Assembly (NCBI GenBank): GCA_046725195.1 | Contig: JBKOYD010000016.1 | Coordinates: 49,451-113,450, forward strand | Direction of reading: 5' to 3' | Length of the DNA: 64,000 nt | Source of the DNA: Acidobacteriota bacterium | Lineage (GTDB): Bacteria; Acidobacteriota; Blastocatellia; Pyrinomonadales; Pyrinomonadaceae | Part shown: positions 10,443 through 22,110 of the stretch, piece after piece | Position numbering within the stretch: the first letter of the stretch is position 1 | How the letters are laid out: each line of letters begins with the position of its first letter | Notes under the pieces: generated by a model | What the model saw: only the letters and a program-made list of their open reading frames with translations | The model's database searches: none | What the model was told of the DNA's origin: nothing | Translations under genes and position numbers: made by a program

Positions 10443-10856
10443 CTAAATCCCCAGCTTCTTCCTTAACCGCAACTCCAGTCTGTTCATCTCACCATTATCA
10501 GTTTCGTGATCATAGCCCGAGAGGTGGAGCAGACCGTGAAGAATCAACTGGGCGATTTCCTTATCAAAGGTCAAGCCATTCTCTTTTGCTTGCATCGCCG
10601 CAGTTTCTACTGAAACAGCGATGTCGCCAAGATTTGATTCATCCAATTCTTCATCAGCAGGAAATGAAAGGACATCCGTCGCTTTATCGATACCACGAAA
10701 TTTGCGGTTGAGTGTGCGGATTTGCCTGTCAGAAACGAAGGCAATCGTAGCGGACGTTTCACGTTTGCGAATTGCCTGAGCCGCGCTTTCCGCAAAAACG
10801 GACCATGGTTTGGTGTCGATCTTTCTGCGTCGCTGGCGATTGACTACTTCGATCAT
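10443..10856 (-). CDS. ybeY: rRNA maturation endoribonuclease YbeY
   Basis: HGLLHLSGYDHE zinc motif, 137 aa, follows phoH. Confidence 0.9.
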   Translation of the reverse strand: MIEVVNRQRRRKIDTKPWSVFAESAAQAIRKRETSATIAFVSDRQIRTLNRKFRGIDKATDVLSFPADEELDESNLGDIAVSVETAAMQAKENGLTFDKEIAQLILHGLLHLSGYDHETDNGEMNRLELRLRKKLGI

Positions 10857-10866
10857 CAGTCATCAA

Positions 10867-11820
10867 TCAAATTTGGCTCTTTTTGCCTTGTTCCTCATAA
10901 GCTCTGATGATCATCTGCACCAGCTTATGTCGCACGACATCTTTTTCAGTGAAGTACACAAACTCGATGCCTTCAAGGTTCGATAGAATACGTTCAGCCT
11001 CAATTAGGCCACTGCGTTTTCCAGTAGGCAGATCCACCTGCGTCACATCGCCGGTTATCACCGCCTTGGAGCCGAAGCCAATACGGGTGAGAAACATCTT
11101 CATCTGTTCGCTTGTCGTATTCTGGGCTTCGTCGAGAATGATGAACGCGTCGGACAATGTGCGACCCCGCATGAAAGCTAACGGCGCAACTTCAATGACG
11201 CGCTTTTCAAGTAATCTGGTTACGCGCTCATAGTCAATCAAGTCAAATAACGCATCGTAAAGCGGACGGAGATACGGATCGACTTTGTCTTGCAGATCGC
11301 CAGGTAAAAAACCGAGTTTCTCGCCCGCTTCCACTGCCGGCCGTGCAAGAACAATGCGGTTTACCTGCTTTTGCATCAACGCCTGTACGGCCATCGCCAC
11401 AGCCAAATAGGTTTTACCAGTGCCGGCCACGCCAATTCCAAACACGACGTCCTGTTCTTGAATCGCTTGAATGTATTTCCGCTGATTGACTGACTTCGGC
11501 GCTACCTGTTTTTTGCCGGCTGGGTTGAAGCGGGCCTTCGTGAAATAGTCGCGCAGGCTGAAAGCGCGATCCTCCGCAATCTGGGCAAAGGCCTCGCGCA
11601 GTTCTTTATCAGTGAAGTGCTTGCCTTCTTTGAAGAGGTCGGAGAAATCTTCAAGTATGCGTTGAACTGTCTCGACGTCCGCAGGATCGCCGTCGATGGA
11701 TACGTCCTGGCCACGCGCGTCAATTCTTACATCGAGAAGAGACTCCAGATATTTGATGTTCTGATCGTGAACACCAAACAGCGTCTCCAGACCACGGGGC
11801 GGAAGCTCAATCTTCTTCAA
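10867..11820 (-). CDS. phoH: PhoH family ATPase
   Basis: Walker [33 protein letters not shown]. Confidence 0.9.
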   Translation of the reverse strand: MKKIELPPRGLETLFGVHDQNIKYLESLLDVRIDARGQDVSIDGDPADVETVQRILEDFSDLFKEGKHFTDKELREAFAQIAEDRAFSLRDYFTKARFNPAGKKQVAPKSVNQRKYIQAIQEQDVVFGIGVAGTGKTYLAVAMAVQALMQKQVNRIVLARPAVEAGEKLGFLPGDLQDKVDPYLRPLYDALFDLIDYERVTRLLEKRVIEVAPLAFMRGRTLSDAFIILDEAQNTTSEQMKMFLTRIGFGSKAVITGDVTQVDLPTGKRSGLIEAERILSNLEGIEFVYFTEKDVVRHKLVQMIIRAYEEQGKKSQI

Positions 11821-12059
11821 ACGCTCTTAAGTCTCTCCTTCACACAGCTGAACAATTAGTAGCCTGGCGGGATAGGGTGGCAGTAGAGTGATTTGCATAG
11901 ATTGCGAGTTCGACGCTACTACAGGCTCCTGCGAGTGTCAACAATATTGAATGTTGCAAATCTATGCCCTAGTAAGCACCACTTCACTGCTTACTCTCAC
12001 TTGTCGAGAAATTCACATCTCTCCAGTTGGAGCCTCAACTCGCGTCCTCTTTGGTTGCC

Positions 12060-12088
12060 TTGACACGCCAGTTTCGGATACCTATACT
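12060..12088 (+). promoter_or_regulatory. sigma70-type promoter candidate for rpsT
   Basis: TTGACA (12060-12065), 17-nt spacer, TATACT (12083-12088). This leaves a leader of about 95 nt before ATG 12190. Confidence 0.5.
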
Positions 12089-12189
12089 CCGTCACTTGCG
12101 CATTAGGGTGTTATGCGTGTTTTTGGGTAAGCCCGAGCATTTATCAGCACGTTTTTCACAAGGTTTTTGGTAGTTTTTGGAGATATTTA

Positions 12190-12456
12190 ATGCCGAATCA
12201 TAAATCAGCAGAGAAGCGCATACGTCAAAATGAGAAGCGTCGCGCCATTAACCGTGGTCATCGCACAAAGGTCCGAACATATATTAAGAAGCTACGCAGT
12301 GCCCTCGATTCCGGGGTGAAGAAGGACATAGATCAGATTCTCCCTGAGGCAATATCGGTGATCGATAAGTCGGTTCAGAAGGGCGTCATGCATGCAAATG
12401 CGGCAGCGCGTTACAAATCGAGATTGACAGTGCAGGCGAATCAAACGGGCAAATAA
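12190..12456 (+). CDS. rpsT: 30S ribosomal protein S20
   Basis: MPNHKSAEKRIRQNEKRRAINR... 88 aa. GGAGA lies 7 nt upstream. Confidence 0.9.
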   Translation: MPNHKSAEKRIRQNEKRRAINRGHRTKVRTYIKKLRSALDSGVKKDIDQILPEAISVIDKSVQKGVMHANAAARYKSRLTVQANQTGK

Positions 12457-12480
12457 CTTTTACGACAACGTAAAGAACGA

Positions 12481-12516
12481 CGAGGCGGATCGATAATCGA
12501 TCCGCCTCGTTTTTTT
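12481..12516 (+). terminator. rho-independent terminator after rpsT
   Basis: cgaggcggatcga...tcgatccgcctcg near-perfect hairpin followed by TTTTTTT. Confidence 0.8.
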
Positions 12517-12537
12517 ATTAACTGAAATGGAGTTTCT

Positions 12538-12954
12538 ATGAGTGGTACGTACCTGTCTGAGAATGACATTGAGAATGTCGTTCGCGGTTTTGAGTCGTGC
12601 GAGACCGACAAACCGAACTTCAAGCATCGAGACCATTTGACAGTTGCTGTTTGGTATCTACAAAGCCTCGACCTCGAACAAGCTGTCGATCGGATGAGAT
12701 CTGCATTACTGCGTTTCCTTGATCATCATAGCGTAGATCGACAAAAGTATAACGAGACGATCACTGTGTTTTGGATTCAAATGGTTGCCAACAAACTGAA
12801 TGAGATGCGAGACGCCACGCTTGTAGAAAAGTGCAATGGTGTTGTCGAGTCGCTGCACAATTCGAATCTTGTGTCGGACTATTATTCGAAGGACTTATTA
12901 TCATCTGACGAGGCACGGAGAAACTTTGTCGCACCGGATTTGCGACCCTGGTAA
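12538..12954 (+). CDS. hypothetical protein (138 aa)
   Basis: Clean ORF with globular-looking composition. No motif recognised. Confidence 0.55.
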   Translation: MSGTYLSENDIENVVRGFESCETDKPNFKHRDHLTVAVWYLQSLDLEQAVDRMRSALLRFLDHHSVDRQKYNETITVFWIQMVANKLNEMRDATLVEKCNGVVESLHNSNLVSDYYSKDLLSSDEARRNFVAPDLRPW

Positions 12955-12983
12955 TGAACAACTTGCGAGTGTTGGCTCGATCG

Positions 12984-13982
12984 TTAACCTGTTGCCAATT
13001 CGCAAACAAGAAGTTCAAGTTGGAGGCGAGGTGTGGCCTGTGACGTCTTGATCGCAAGATCGGCCGCGGCAATTAGCTGGATGCCACGTGCGATTTTGCG
13101 AGCATCGCTTCGCTGCAGTGTCGCGAGGTAAGTATCGCGTTTGAATGGAGGCATCGAGACGTTTCGGAAGACCTCGTCTCGGCCACCCCTCGATAGTAAG
13201 TGCCTACCAAGTGCAATTCGATGATAGTTGCTCGCTATGAGGCCGATTAGCATTACAGGTTCGGCTCCGTCGTCCAACAAGCGATGCAGAGTCTCCAATG
13301 CGCGTCTTCTGTTATTCGCCATCAGATGATCGCCTAACTCAAAGTTGGATAGTTCGCGCGACCTGCCAATTAGTTCGTCAACGAGTTCCAGCGTGATGCG
13401 GCCGCTATCGACAGCCGCTGAAGCGAGTTTGTCGAGTTCCGTGTAGAGCGTTTGTACGTTGGTGCCCACTAGCCTGACGATCTCCGTCAGAACCTGCTCG
13501 TCGGCCGCAACCTTTAGCTCCTTCAAACGGCTCTTCGCCCAAGCTTTTGCCTCAGCATCTTTCAATGGTGAGAAGTCAACCACCGTACAAACTTCCAGCA
13601 ACCTCCTTGTGGCTTTCTTTCGCTTGTCCAGTTCATCGGCTATGAAGATCATCACGGTCGAAGCCACAGGATTATCCAGGTAGCGAATGAGTATCTCCTC
13701 GTCCGCCTCCCGCAGCTTGCCAAAATTCCTGATGCGTATTACCCGTCGGTCGGACATCATCGGCAGTTGTTCGGCTGCCGCAACTGCCGCTTGAACTGGA
13801 TCACTAAGCAGGCTGAAACTCGACTCATTGAATTCGCGGAGCAGGGTGCGACTGAGAGCGGCGTCGGTGATTGCTTGAGCAGCGACACCGCGTAAATAAC
13901 TTTCGCTGCCTAGTAGCAGGTAGAGAGGCTGCGGCAAATCACGCAAAGAACGATCGAGCTCAACTCGCGATAGTGTTTTCAT
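12984..13982 (-). CDS. holA: DNA polymerase III subunit delta
   Basis: 332 aa with HolA-like layout (LYLLLGSESYL ... IRYLDNP ... ELDKL). ATGA overlap with the upstream lptE stop; canonical lptE-holA pairing. Confidence 0.85.
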   Translation of the reverse strand: MKTLSRVELDRSLRDLPQPLYLLLGSESYLRGVAAQAITDAALSRTLLREFNESSFSLLSDPVQAAVAAAEQLPMMSDRRVIRIRNFGKLREADEEILIRYLDNPVASTVMIFIADELDKRKKATRRLLEVCTVVDFSPLKDAEAKAWAKSRLKELKVAADEQVLTEIVRLVGTNVQTLYTELDKLASAAVDSGRITLELVDELIGRSRELSNFELGDHLMANNRRRALETLHRLLDDGAEPVMLIGLIASNYHRIALGRHLLSRGGRDEVFRNVSMPPFKRDTYLATLQRSDARKIARGIQLIAAADLAIKTSQATPRLQLELLVCELATG

Positions 13983-14524
13983 TTTTGGAGTTCGACTGCG
14001 TTGATTAGAGTAGAAACGATGCTCTCGGCAAAGCTTCGGGACATTCTAAGTATGGCTGGATCTTCCTCGTTGAAGAAGCTACGAGGGTCACTGGCGAATT
14101 CATACTCGCCACGGAACACGAAGTTCTGGTTGTCGTAAAGAACGCGATTCTCGGTTTGGTCGCGTACTGTTACAGCGGCGCCAATGGTCACTTCAAAAAT
14201 CCGTGCGCGGCCTTTGTCATCAAGAAGTACACCCGCAAAGTTGAAACTCTTGATTACCCCTTCGATCACCGCGTCTGCGCCTTCGCGCTGTCCTTGCACG
14301 CGCAGGCCCCGACCTCTATGCACTAGCTCTTTCATAACGGCTTCGGTGAAACGCGATTCGATCTTGTAACGCAACGCGTTACTCTCCAACTGAAATGCCG
14401 GCACAGCGACGGTCCGTATTCGTGACGGAAGTTGGTTCTTAGTTACCGGCTTGTAGCATTCGGCGAAACCGCAAACGAAGCAGAGCATCAACGTGAAAAG
14501 GAGAATATGCAGAAACTTAGTCAT
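13979..14524 (-). CDS. lptE: LPS-assembly lipoprotein LptE-like
   Basis: Signal/lipobox-like N-terminus (LMLCFVCGFAEC) and LptE-like block RTVAVPAFQLESN. Position immediately upstream of holA. ATG 14524 is preferred over TTG 14527. Confidence 0.6.
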   Translation of the reverse strand: MTKFLHILLFTLMLCFVCGFAECYKPVTKNQLPSRIRTVAVPAFQLESNALRYKIESRFTEAVMKELVHRGRGLRVQGQREGADAVIEGVIKSFNFAGVLLDDKGRARIFEVTIGAAVTVRDQTENRVLYDNQNFVFRGEYEFASDPRSFFNEEDPAILRMSRSFAESIVSTLINAVELQK

Positions 14525-14770
14525 CAAGAGTTCATCCTAGAACGGCGAGTTATAAAGCGTGGATTCTCTCGCAGCAAACAAACATAGGCAAGCGTGGAGA
14601 ATGTCAAACGCACTCCGGATTTGTTGGTCACGATGGGAGATTCGGGGATCGCGCCTATAAAAAACTTTGCTACCAATGGCCATCTGGTTGCTTCAAAGGT
14701 TGGAAAGTCGCACCTCTCATTCTCACCGGGCTTCAGCAGCTGTGAAGAAATTCTCTCCAAACGGAAATGA

Positions 14771-14886
14771 GCCACAGATTAAGCGGATGCCACAGATCAG
14801 AACGGGATAACCACTTAAGAAGCCTATCAATGAGACCATTTGTTTATCTATCGGTTTTGATCTGTGTCATCGGTTTTATCTGTGGC
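14771..14886. repeat. 29-bp imperfect inverted repeat built from the CCACAGAT word, arms 58 nt apart
   Basis: Left arm 14771-14799 gccacagattaagcggatgccacagatca; right arm 14858-14886 tgatctgtgtcatcggttttatctgtggc. 25/29 positions are complementary. Each arm contains the word twice. Confidence 0.7.
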
Positions 14887-15134
14887 TTAATTTAACCTTA
14901 TGCGCACACTGTCATTGAAACACTCGCGGATTTGTATTATCGTCCCCGAACCTCGCGATTTTCCACGATTGGTCGTTCCAGGTTGGTCCTCAAAGGCCTG
15001 CGTGATCGCATCCTCCAGTGCCAGCCATTTCAATAAGAACTTCGTCTCTCTGACCCTCTGTTAGTTTTAGATATCAAACACCGAGTCCTTACCACATCTC
15101 GCTCACCCAAAATACGAACGTAATAGGAGGCGCT

Positions 15135-17431
15135 ATGCCAAACCCGAAGAAGACGACGACCGCGAGCAAGAAGAGAAGCACAGCCAAATCTGATCTCAAA
15201 CCAGCTCAAGCTGAACCCGGTTCGAGGAGGCGAACGGCTGAAGAGTCGTTGGTTCCCGGACCGCGGAAGAAGCGAAAAGGCCCTGCCATTCGTCTGTCCA
15301 ATCACAAGGCCCGCAGCGTTTGGTTTCAAACTCGCGCGACTTGGCCGGTGCGGGAGGCTCCAGTGCGTACTCTCGTGAGTGAACGCAACCGGGCGACTAA
15401 AGCACTTGCACAGCCCGCAAATATTCATGCGAATTGGGAATGTGTGGGCCCAACGAATATTGGCGGCAGACTTACGTGCATTGCCTGCCATCCTACACAC
15501 CCTGAACGAATCTGGGTTGGGGGGCCGGCGGCGGCGTATGGCAGAGCAATGACTCCGGCCAGACATGGCAATCATTTTGGAATGACCAGGACATTCTGAA
15601 CATTGGATCGATCGCAGTTGACCCGAAGAATCCTGACACCCTTTATTGTGGCACGGGAGAAGCTAATCTCTCACTCGATTCCTACCCGGGAGTTGGTCTT
15701 TACGTAAGCGCCGATGCTGGACACACGTGGCAGTTGATCGCCTCCACTGAACGTACAGGAATACCACGCCACATCGGTGTAATTGCAGTTGATCCATTCG
15801 ACTCCAGACATTTGATCATCGGTGGCGTTGGCTACGCAGAAGTAAGTCAGACCGGCCGCGATTTTGGAGGTATGTTTGTATCAAATGACGCGGGCGTCAC
15901 ATGGAAGCGTGAGACGTTCATCTCCACAAAAAACTACTGGTGTCATTCGATCGTCATTCATCCTACGAAGAAGAACACGATCTACGCGACGTTTACTGAG
16001 CAAGGAGCGCGCAGTGGTATTTGGCGGTCTACGGATGGAGGTAAGAGCTGGACTCATCTTACGAGTGGCTTGCCCGATTCGGCACGTTTCGGAAGGACCA
16101 GTCTGGCCATCAGCCAATCCAATCCACAGGTCTTGTTCGCTTTTGCAAATGATGAAGCCAGCGGGAGCAAGGACTTACTGCTTGGTGTCTTTCGGAGTGC
16201 GAATGGCGGAAACACGTGGAAGGATGTAAGTGGAACACATTTCCAGGAGGAGGGTCAGATTTCCTACGGAAACACAATCGTCATTCACCCGACGGATCCG
16301 GATCATGTTATTTGCGGCGGTGTCGACCTTCACCGTACAAAGAACGGCGGCCAGACGTGGCAACAGATTACGCAGTGGGATCTTGAGCGAGACGATTCGA
16401 AGTATGCGCACGCGGATCACCATGCACTGTTAATGCCCGCAGCTGTCCCTGACCGCGTTTACGATTGTAACGACGGTGGATTGGATGTAAGCGAGAACGG
16501 CGGTCGTACGTGGGATAACCGGAGCAATGGACTATCGGTGACCATGTTTTATGACTTGGATGTGGCGCAGAGTAATGGGCTGGTCTACGGCGGCGGAGCT
16601 CAGGACAACGGCACTGTTGTCACAACGAGCGGATCGAGTACCAGCTTTTTTGAGTTGCTTGGTGGTGATGGTGGGTGGATCGTTTTTGACCCTGCAAATG
16701 CTGGCCGCGTTTATGCCTCCTATTACAACCTGAACATCTTTCGCTTTAGAGGCAACACCTTCAAGAATGTAACTCCCCGGGCCCCACAGAGTGAGAAGGA
16801 TTCAGTTTGGATGGCCTACATTGCCTTGGATCCTACGAATACCAGCATAGTGTTTACGGGATCATTCAGAGTTTGGCGCACGCGAAATGACGCAAACGAC
16901 TGGACGCCCGTGTCGCCGCCCCTGGATGGCAGTTCGATATCTGCAATTGAGGTGGCACCGGCAAATCCGAAACGAGTTTACGTTGGCACAGAAAACGGTG
17001 GCTTCTTCCGCAGTCTGGATGGCGGCGACACATGGAGTCCCAACCTTTCGAGCTCAATTCTCCCGGGCCATACTATTACGCGTCTCGAAACGAGCCCGAC
17101 GGATGCAAAGATCATCTATGCGACCGTGGCCAACTTCGGTCACTCGCATGTCTTTCGCTCGCTGGATGGTGGTTCAACCTGGCAGGATGTCGATCGTGGT
17201 CAATTACCCGATGTGCCGCACCATGCACTTTTGATTCGAGCCGAAGAACCGAACAGGCTATACGTAGGCAACGATGTGGGCGTCTTCGTCTTGGAGATCT
17301 CGACAGGCATATGGATGAATTTGACGAAGAACCTGCCTAATGCGATGGTGATTGACCTCGTCTATCACACGAAAGATAAGACACTCTTAGCAGCGACATA
17401 CGGAAGAAGTATTTGGAGATTGAAGCTCTAA
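15135..17431 (+). pseudogene. BNR/Asp-box repeat protein (sialidase/Vps10-like beta-propeller), reading frame broken at a G6 run
   Basis: At least 9 SxDxGxTW boxes (SNDSGQTW, SADAGHTW, SNDAGVTW, STDGGKSW, SANGGNTW, TKNGGQTW, SENGGRTW, SLDGGDTW, SLDGGSTW). ORF 15135-15599 and the frame feeding ORF 15734-17431 join if one G is added to the G6 tract at 15519-15524, giving ...IWVGGAGGGVWQSNDSGQTW... Confidence 0.75.
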
Positions 17432-17514
17432 TGTCCGATATGCTTCAGCTTGTCGCTGAGTGGCGGGACGCTTGGGATCGTCATGTTAGAATGCTTTTGC
17501 GCCTTTGTTGCTAA

Positions 17515-17706
17515 TCACTTCCCAGTACGTTTCTGAAACCAATCAGAGCGCTGCTTGAGATTATCAGCGCTCTCGCCAATCTTTGGCCGGGCCGGTTTGA
17601 GCTGGTCCTCCCCTGACTCCTCGGTTTCAGAGTCTTCAGCGACACCAAAGGAGTTCTTTTTCGGCTCAGACTTAGCACGCTCCTTGTTCTTCTTTTTCTT
17701 AGGCAT
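17515..17706 (-). CDS. small charged protein (63 aa), Lys-rich N-terminus, acidic centre, C-terminus ...DWFQKRTGK
   Basis: Clean ORF with its own extended -10 element 9 nt upstream of the ATG. Composition resembles small disordered tag- or ribosome-associated proteins. Family not recognised. Confidence 0.5.
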   Translation of the reverse strand: MPKKKKNKERAKSEPKKNSFGVAEDSETEESGEDQLKPARPKIGESADNLKQRSDWFQKRTGK

Positions 17707-17715
17707 GACAAGGAC

Positions 17716-17724
17716 ATTATATCA
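17716..17724 (-). promoter_or_regulatory. extended -10 promoter element (TGaTATAAT) for the 63-aa ORF
   Basis: The minus strand reads cttgacTGaTATAATgtccttgtcATG. Only 9 nt separate the -10 from the ATG, implying a leaderless or near-leaderless mRNA. Confidence 0.4.
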
Positions 17725-17802
17725 GTCAAGAAAACTCTTCGATAAGTGCCTGTGCTTGTACCATGCTGAGTGGGCTACGCATTAGTTTGCCTGTGACTTT
17801 CC

Positions 17803-18672
17803 TTAAGATGAAACATTCCTGATAGATTCGGAAACGCGGACCGTTTGAGCTGCGGCTTTAACGTCATGGACGCGGACGATGTGCGCCCCGCGAAGAATCG
17901 CAGCTGTAATTGATGCCATTGTGCCGTGGAGACGATGAGTTGCCGCTGCCGGTGTGCCGGATTCATCGGCAAGAATCCGGCCGATGAACGATTTTCTCGA
18001 AGTGCCGATGAGAAGAGGCAGGTCAGGGAAAGCCGCAATAAGTTGGTCGACCTTTGCTATTAGTTCCAGGTTCTGTTCCTGGCTCTTACCAAATCCAATT
18101 CCGGGATCGATCACTATTGAATCGCGTTTGACTCCACGTCGTTCCGCCATGCGAATGCTTGTGCGTAGGCTGCTGGTAACTTCTTCCATGATGTCGGCGA
18201 CAGGCGGAAGGCGATGCATAGTAGCGGGCGTGCCTCGAGAGTGCATTAAGACTAGACCTGCACCCACTTTCGCAGCCGCGTCGGCCACGTAGAAATCAAA
18301 CCTGAGCGCTGAGACGTCGTTAACAATCGCCGCACCGGCCGCGAGCGCCGCCCGGGCTACTTCCGACTTCGTAGTGTCGACGGAAATTGGGATGTCGGAG
18401 CGTTGAGACAGTTGTTCGATAACGGGAACGACTCGTCTTAATTCCTCATCCACTGAGATTGGTTCCCCTCCGGGTCGCGTGGACTCGCCGCCAACATCAA
18501 TGATGTCCGCACCGTCGCCAATCATTTGTTCAGCATGCGCGACTGCGTTGTCTAGTGACATGAACCTATCGCCGTCGCTGAAACTATCAGGAGTGACATT
18601 CAAAATGCCCATGATGAGAGTACGCTCACCGATGGGTAACGAACGATCTTTAATCTGCCAGGCGCGTGTCAT
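17803..18672 (-). CDS. folP: dihydropteroate synthase
   Basis: GILNVTPDSFSDGD, DIIDVGGESTRPG, DPGIGFGK. Confidence 0.9.
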   Translation of the reverse strand: MTRAWQIKDRSLPIGERTLIMGILNVTPDSFSDGDRFMSLDNAVAHAEQMIGDGADIIDVGGESTRPGGEPISVDEELRRVVPVIEQLSQRSDIPISVDTTKSEVARAALAAGAAIVNDVSALRFDFYVADAAAKVGAGLVLMHSRGTPATMHRLPPVADIMEEVTSSLRTSIRMAERRGVKRDSIVIDPGIGFGKSQEQNLELIAKVDQLIAAFPDLPLLIGTSRKSFIGRILADESGTPAAATHRLHGTMASITAAILRGAHIVRVHDVKAAAQTVRVSESIRNVSS

Positions 18673-18728
18673 GGAGGAATGATAGGTGAACGGCTGAGGG
18701 GAAGAAAATCCGAACGGCTGTGTCTTGA

Positions 18729-18766
18729 CAAATAAAAAGGGAACGGGCGTTTACCCGTTCCCTTTT
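18729..18766 (-). terminator. rho-independent terminator after ftsH
   Basis: Stem aagggaacggg (18737-18747) / cccgttccctt (18754-18764). The minus strand continues with TTTTTATTT. Confidence 0.75.
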
Positions 18767-18787
18767 TCTTCCTCGCCGGTCCCAAAT

Positions 18788-20728
<1,941 letters not shown>

Positions 20729-21054
20729 TAACGCCTCCGACGCCCGATAATACCTTATCGGGGCATCCTTTGTCGCTGCCTCTACTTCGCGCCCTGCGAT
20801 GGGCAGTCACTAAACCCCTACTCAATAAAAATAACCGCCACTTTGATGCCCAACGCCAAATTTCAGTTGTGCAAAAACGCACTCTAGGTTTGGGCGCTCG
20901 GTGAGTGCACGGCCATGCCTAATAAATCAAGGATCAAAACCCCTCGCTTGCGTCGGGTGATAAACCCAACGATTTCGACATGCAATGACCAACCAGTGTC
21001 AGCGCAATCCCGCCGTAAACACCAGTTTGACTATAAAGTTTAGCGGACGCTTTT

Positions 21055-22110
21055 TCAATCGTTTTTGCCTTCTAGCTGAAGCCAGCCTCGTTTCCGCCTC
21101 ACCCGTGCTCCCATTGGTAGTTCGACTACTCGTCCACCGACGTTTCCTTCCAGGAGTCGCTCAACCGCCACAAGATGTACCATTTCCAGCCTTCTCGTAT
21201 CGCCTTTTGCTTCCGAAATCCACTGGCGCAGGGCTCTTCGACGAAGAGCCGCTGGCGCACTGGAAAGTACAGTTACGTTTAACATTGGCGTATTAGTTTC
21301 GCTTTCTTCATCGGACGCAGACGCTCGCTTCAAGAGCTCGTCGGCATTGTCAACAAGCAACGCGCCGTCCTCTCGTAACAGAACCGCCGTTCGCGACAGT
21401 GCCTCTACAACTTTGTTGTTGAAGGATTCCATCAGCGGTAACAGCTGTTTCCGAACTTTTACACGGGCAAACCTCTCGTCTTCGTTCATTTCATCGATCA
21501 GGAACGTCGTTTTGCGAAGCCGACAATACTCCTCCGTGTCGGCTCGCCGAGCCCAAAGCAGTGGACGCACTAATTGAACCTTTGAGTCTCTCGCCAGTGG
21601 TCGCAAAGTCTCCATGCCGCCTAACCCTAAGCCAGAGCTGCCGCGCATTAACCTCAATAGAACTGTCTCCGCCTGGTCGTCCATTGTGTGCGCGGTCAGC
21701 ACGTACTTGGCCGCCTTCCTCTTCGCTGTTCTAGCCAGGAACTCGTAACGCGCACGGCGGGCAGCCTGCTCCAGGTTCTCCGAGTTTGTGCGCGCCATTT
21801 CAGTAACCTTGCTTCGTCCGACAACCACGTCGTAGCCGAGTCCTTTCGCCAATTGCGAAACCCATTTGGCATCTTTGCCACTTGATTTCCGAATTCCGTG
21901 GTCGAGATGGGCAACACAGATCGTTAGGCTAATTTTGTGGCTGTTTCTAAGTTCGTCGAGAGCCAGCAGGAGGGCAGTAGAATCGGCACCTCCGGAAACA
22001 GCCACGACGACGGTTTCGTTGGAGAACGGAAGTTTAAGTTTGCGCCATTCCGCGAGTAGCAAACGCGGGAACCGGTTGATCCTGGATGCTCTAAAATTTC
22101 CCCTTCGCAT
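21055..22110 (-). CDS. tilS: tRNA(Ile)-lysidine synthetase
   Basis: PP-loop VAVSGGADSTALL. Position upstream of ftsH. Confidence 0.85.
   Translation of the reverse strand: MRRGNFRASRINRFPRLLLAEWRKLKLPFSNETVVVAVSGGADSTALLLALDELRNSHKISLTICVAHLDHGIRKSSGKDAKWVSQLAKGLGYDVVVGRSKVTEMARTNSENLEQAARRARYEFLARTAKRKAAKYVLTAHTMDDQAETVLLRLMRGSSGLGLGGMETLRPLARDSKVQLVRPLLWARRADTEEYCRLRKTTFLIDEMNEDERFARVKVRKQLLPLMESFNNKVVEALSRTAVLLREDGALLVDNADELLKRASASDEESETNTPMLNVTVLSSAPAALRRRALRQWISEAKGDTRRLEMVHLVAVERLLEGNVGGRVVELPMGARVRRKRGWLQLEGKND

Noticed and set aside
14524-14775. 83-aa minus-strand ORF whose stop overlaps the lptE start (TGATG)
   Set aside because: The junction looks like translational coupling. However, the ORF starts inside the inverted-repeat arm and has no recognisable motif or RBS, and its composition is not convincing. 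Left unannotated.
15030-15575. 181-aa minus-strand ORF
   Set aside because: It is antisense to the basic N-terminal region of the BNR gene, with Arg/Ser-rich composition typical of an antisense frame.
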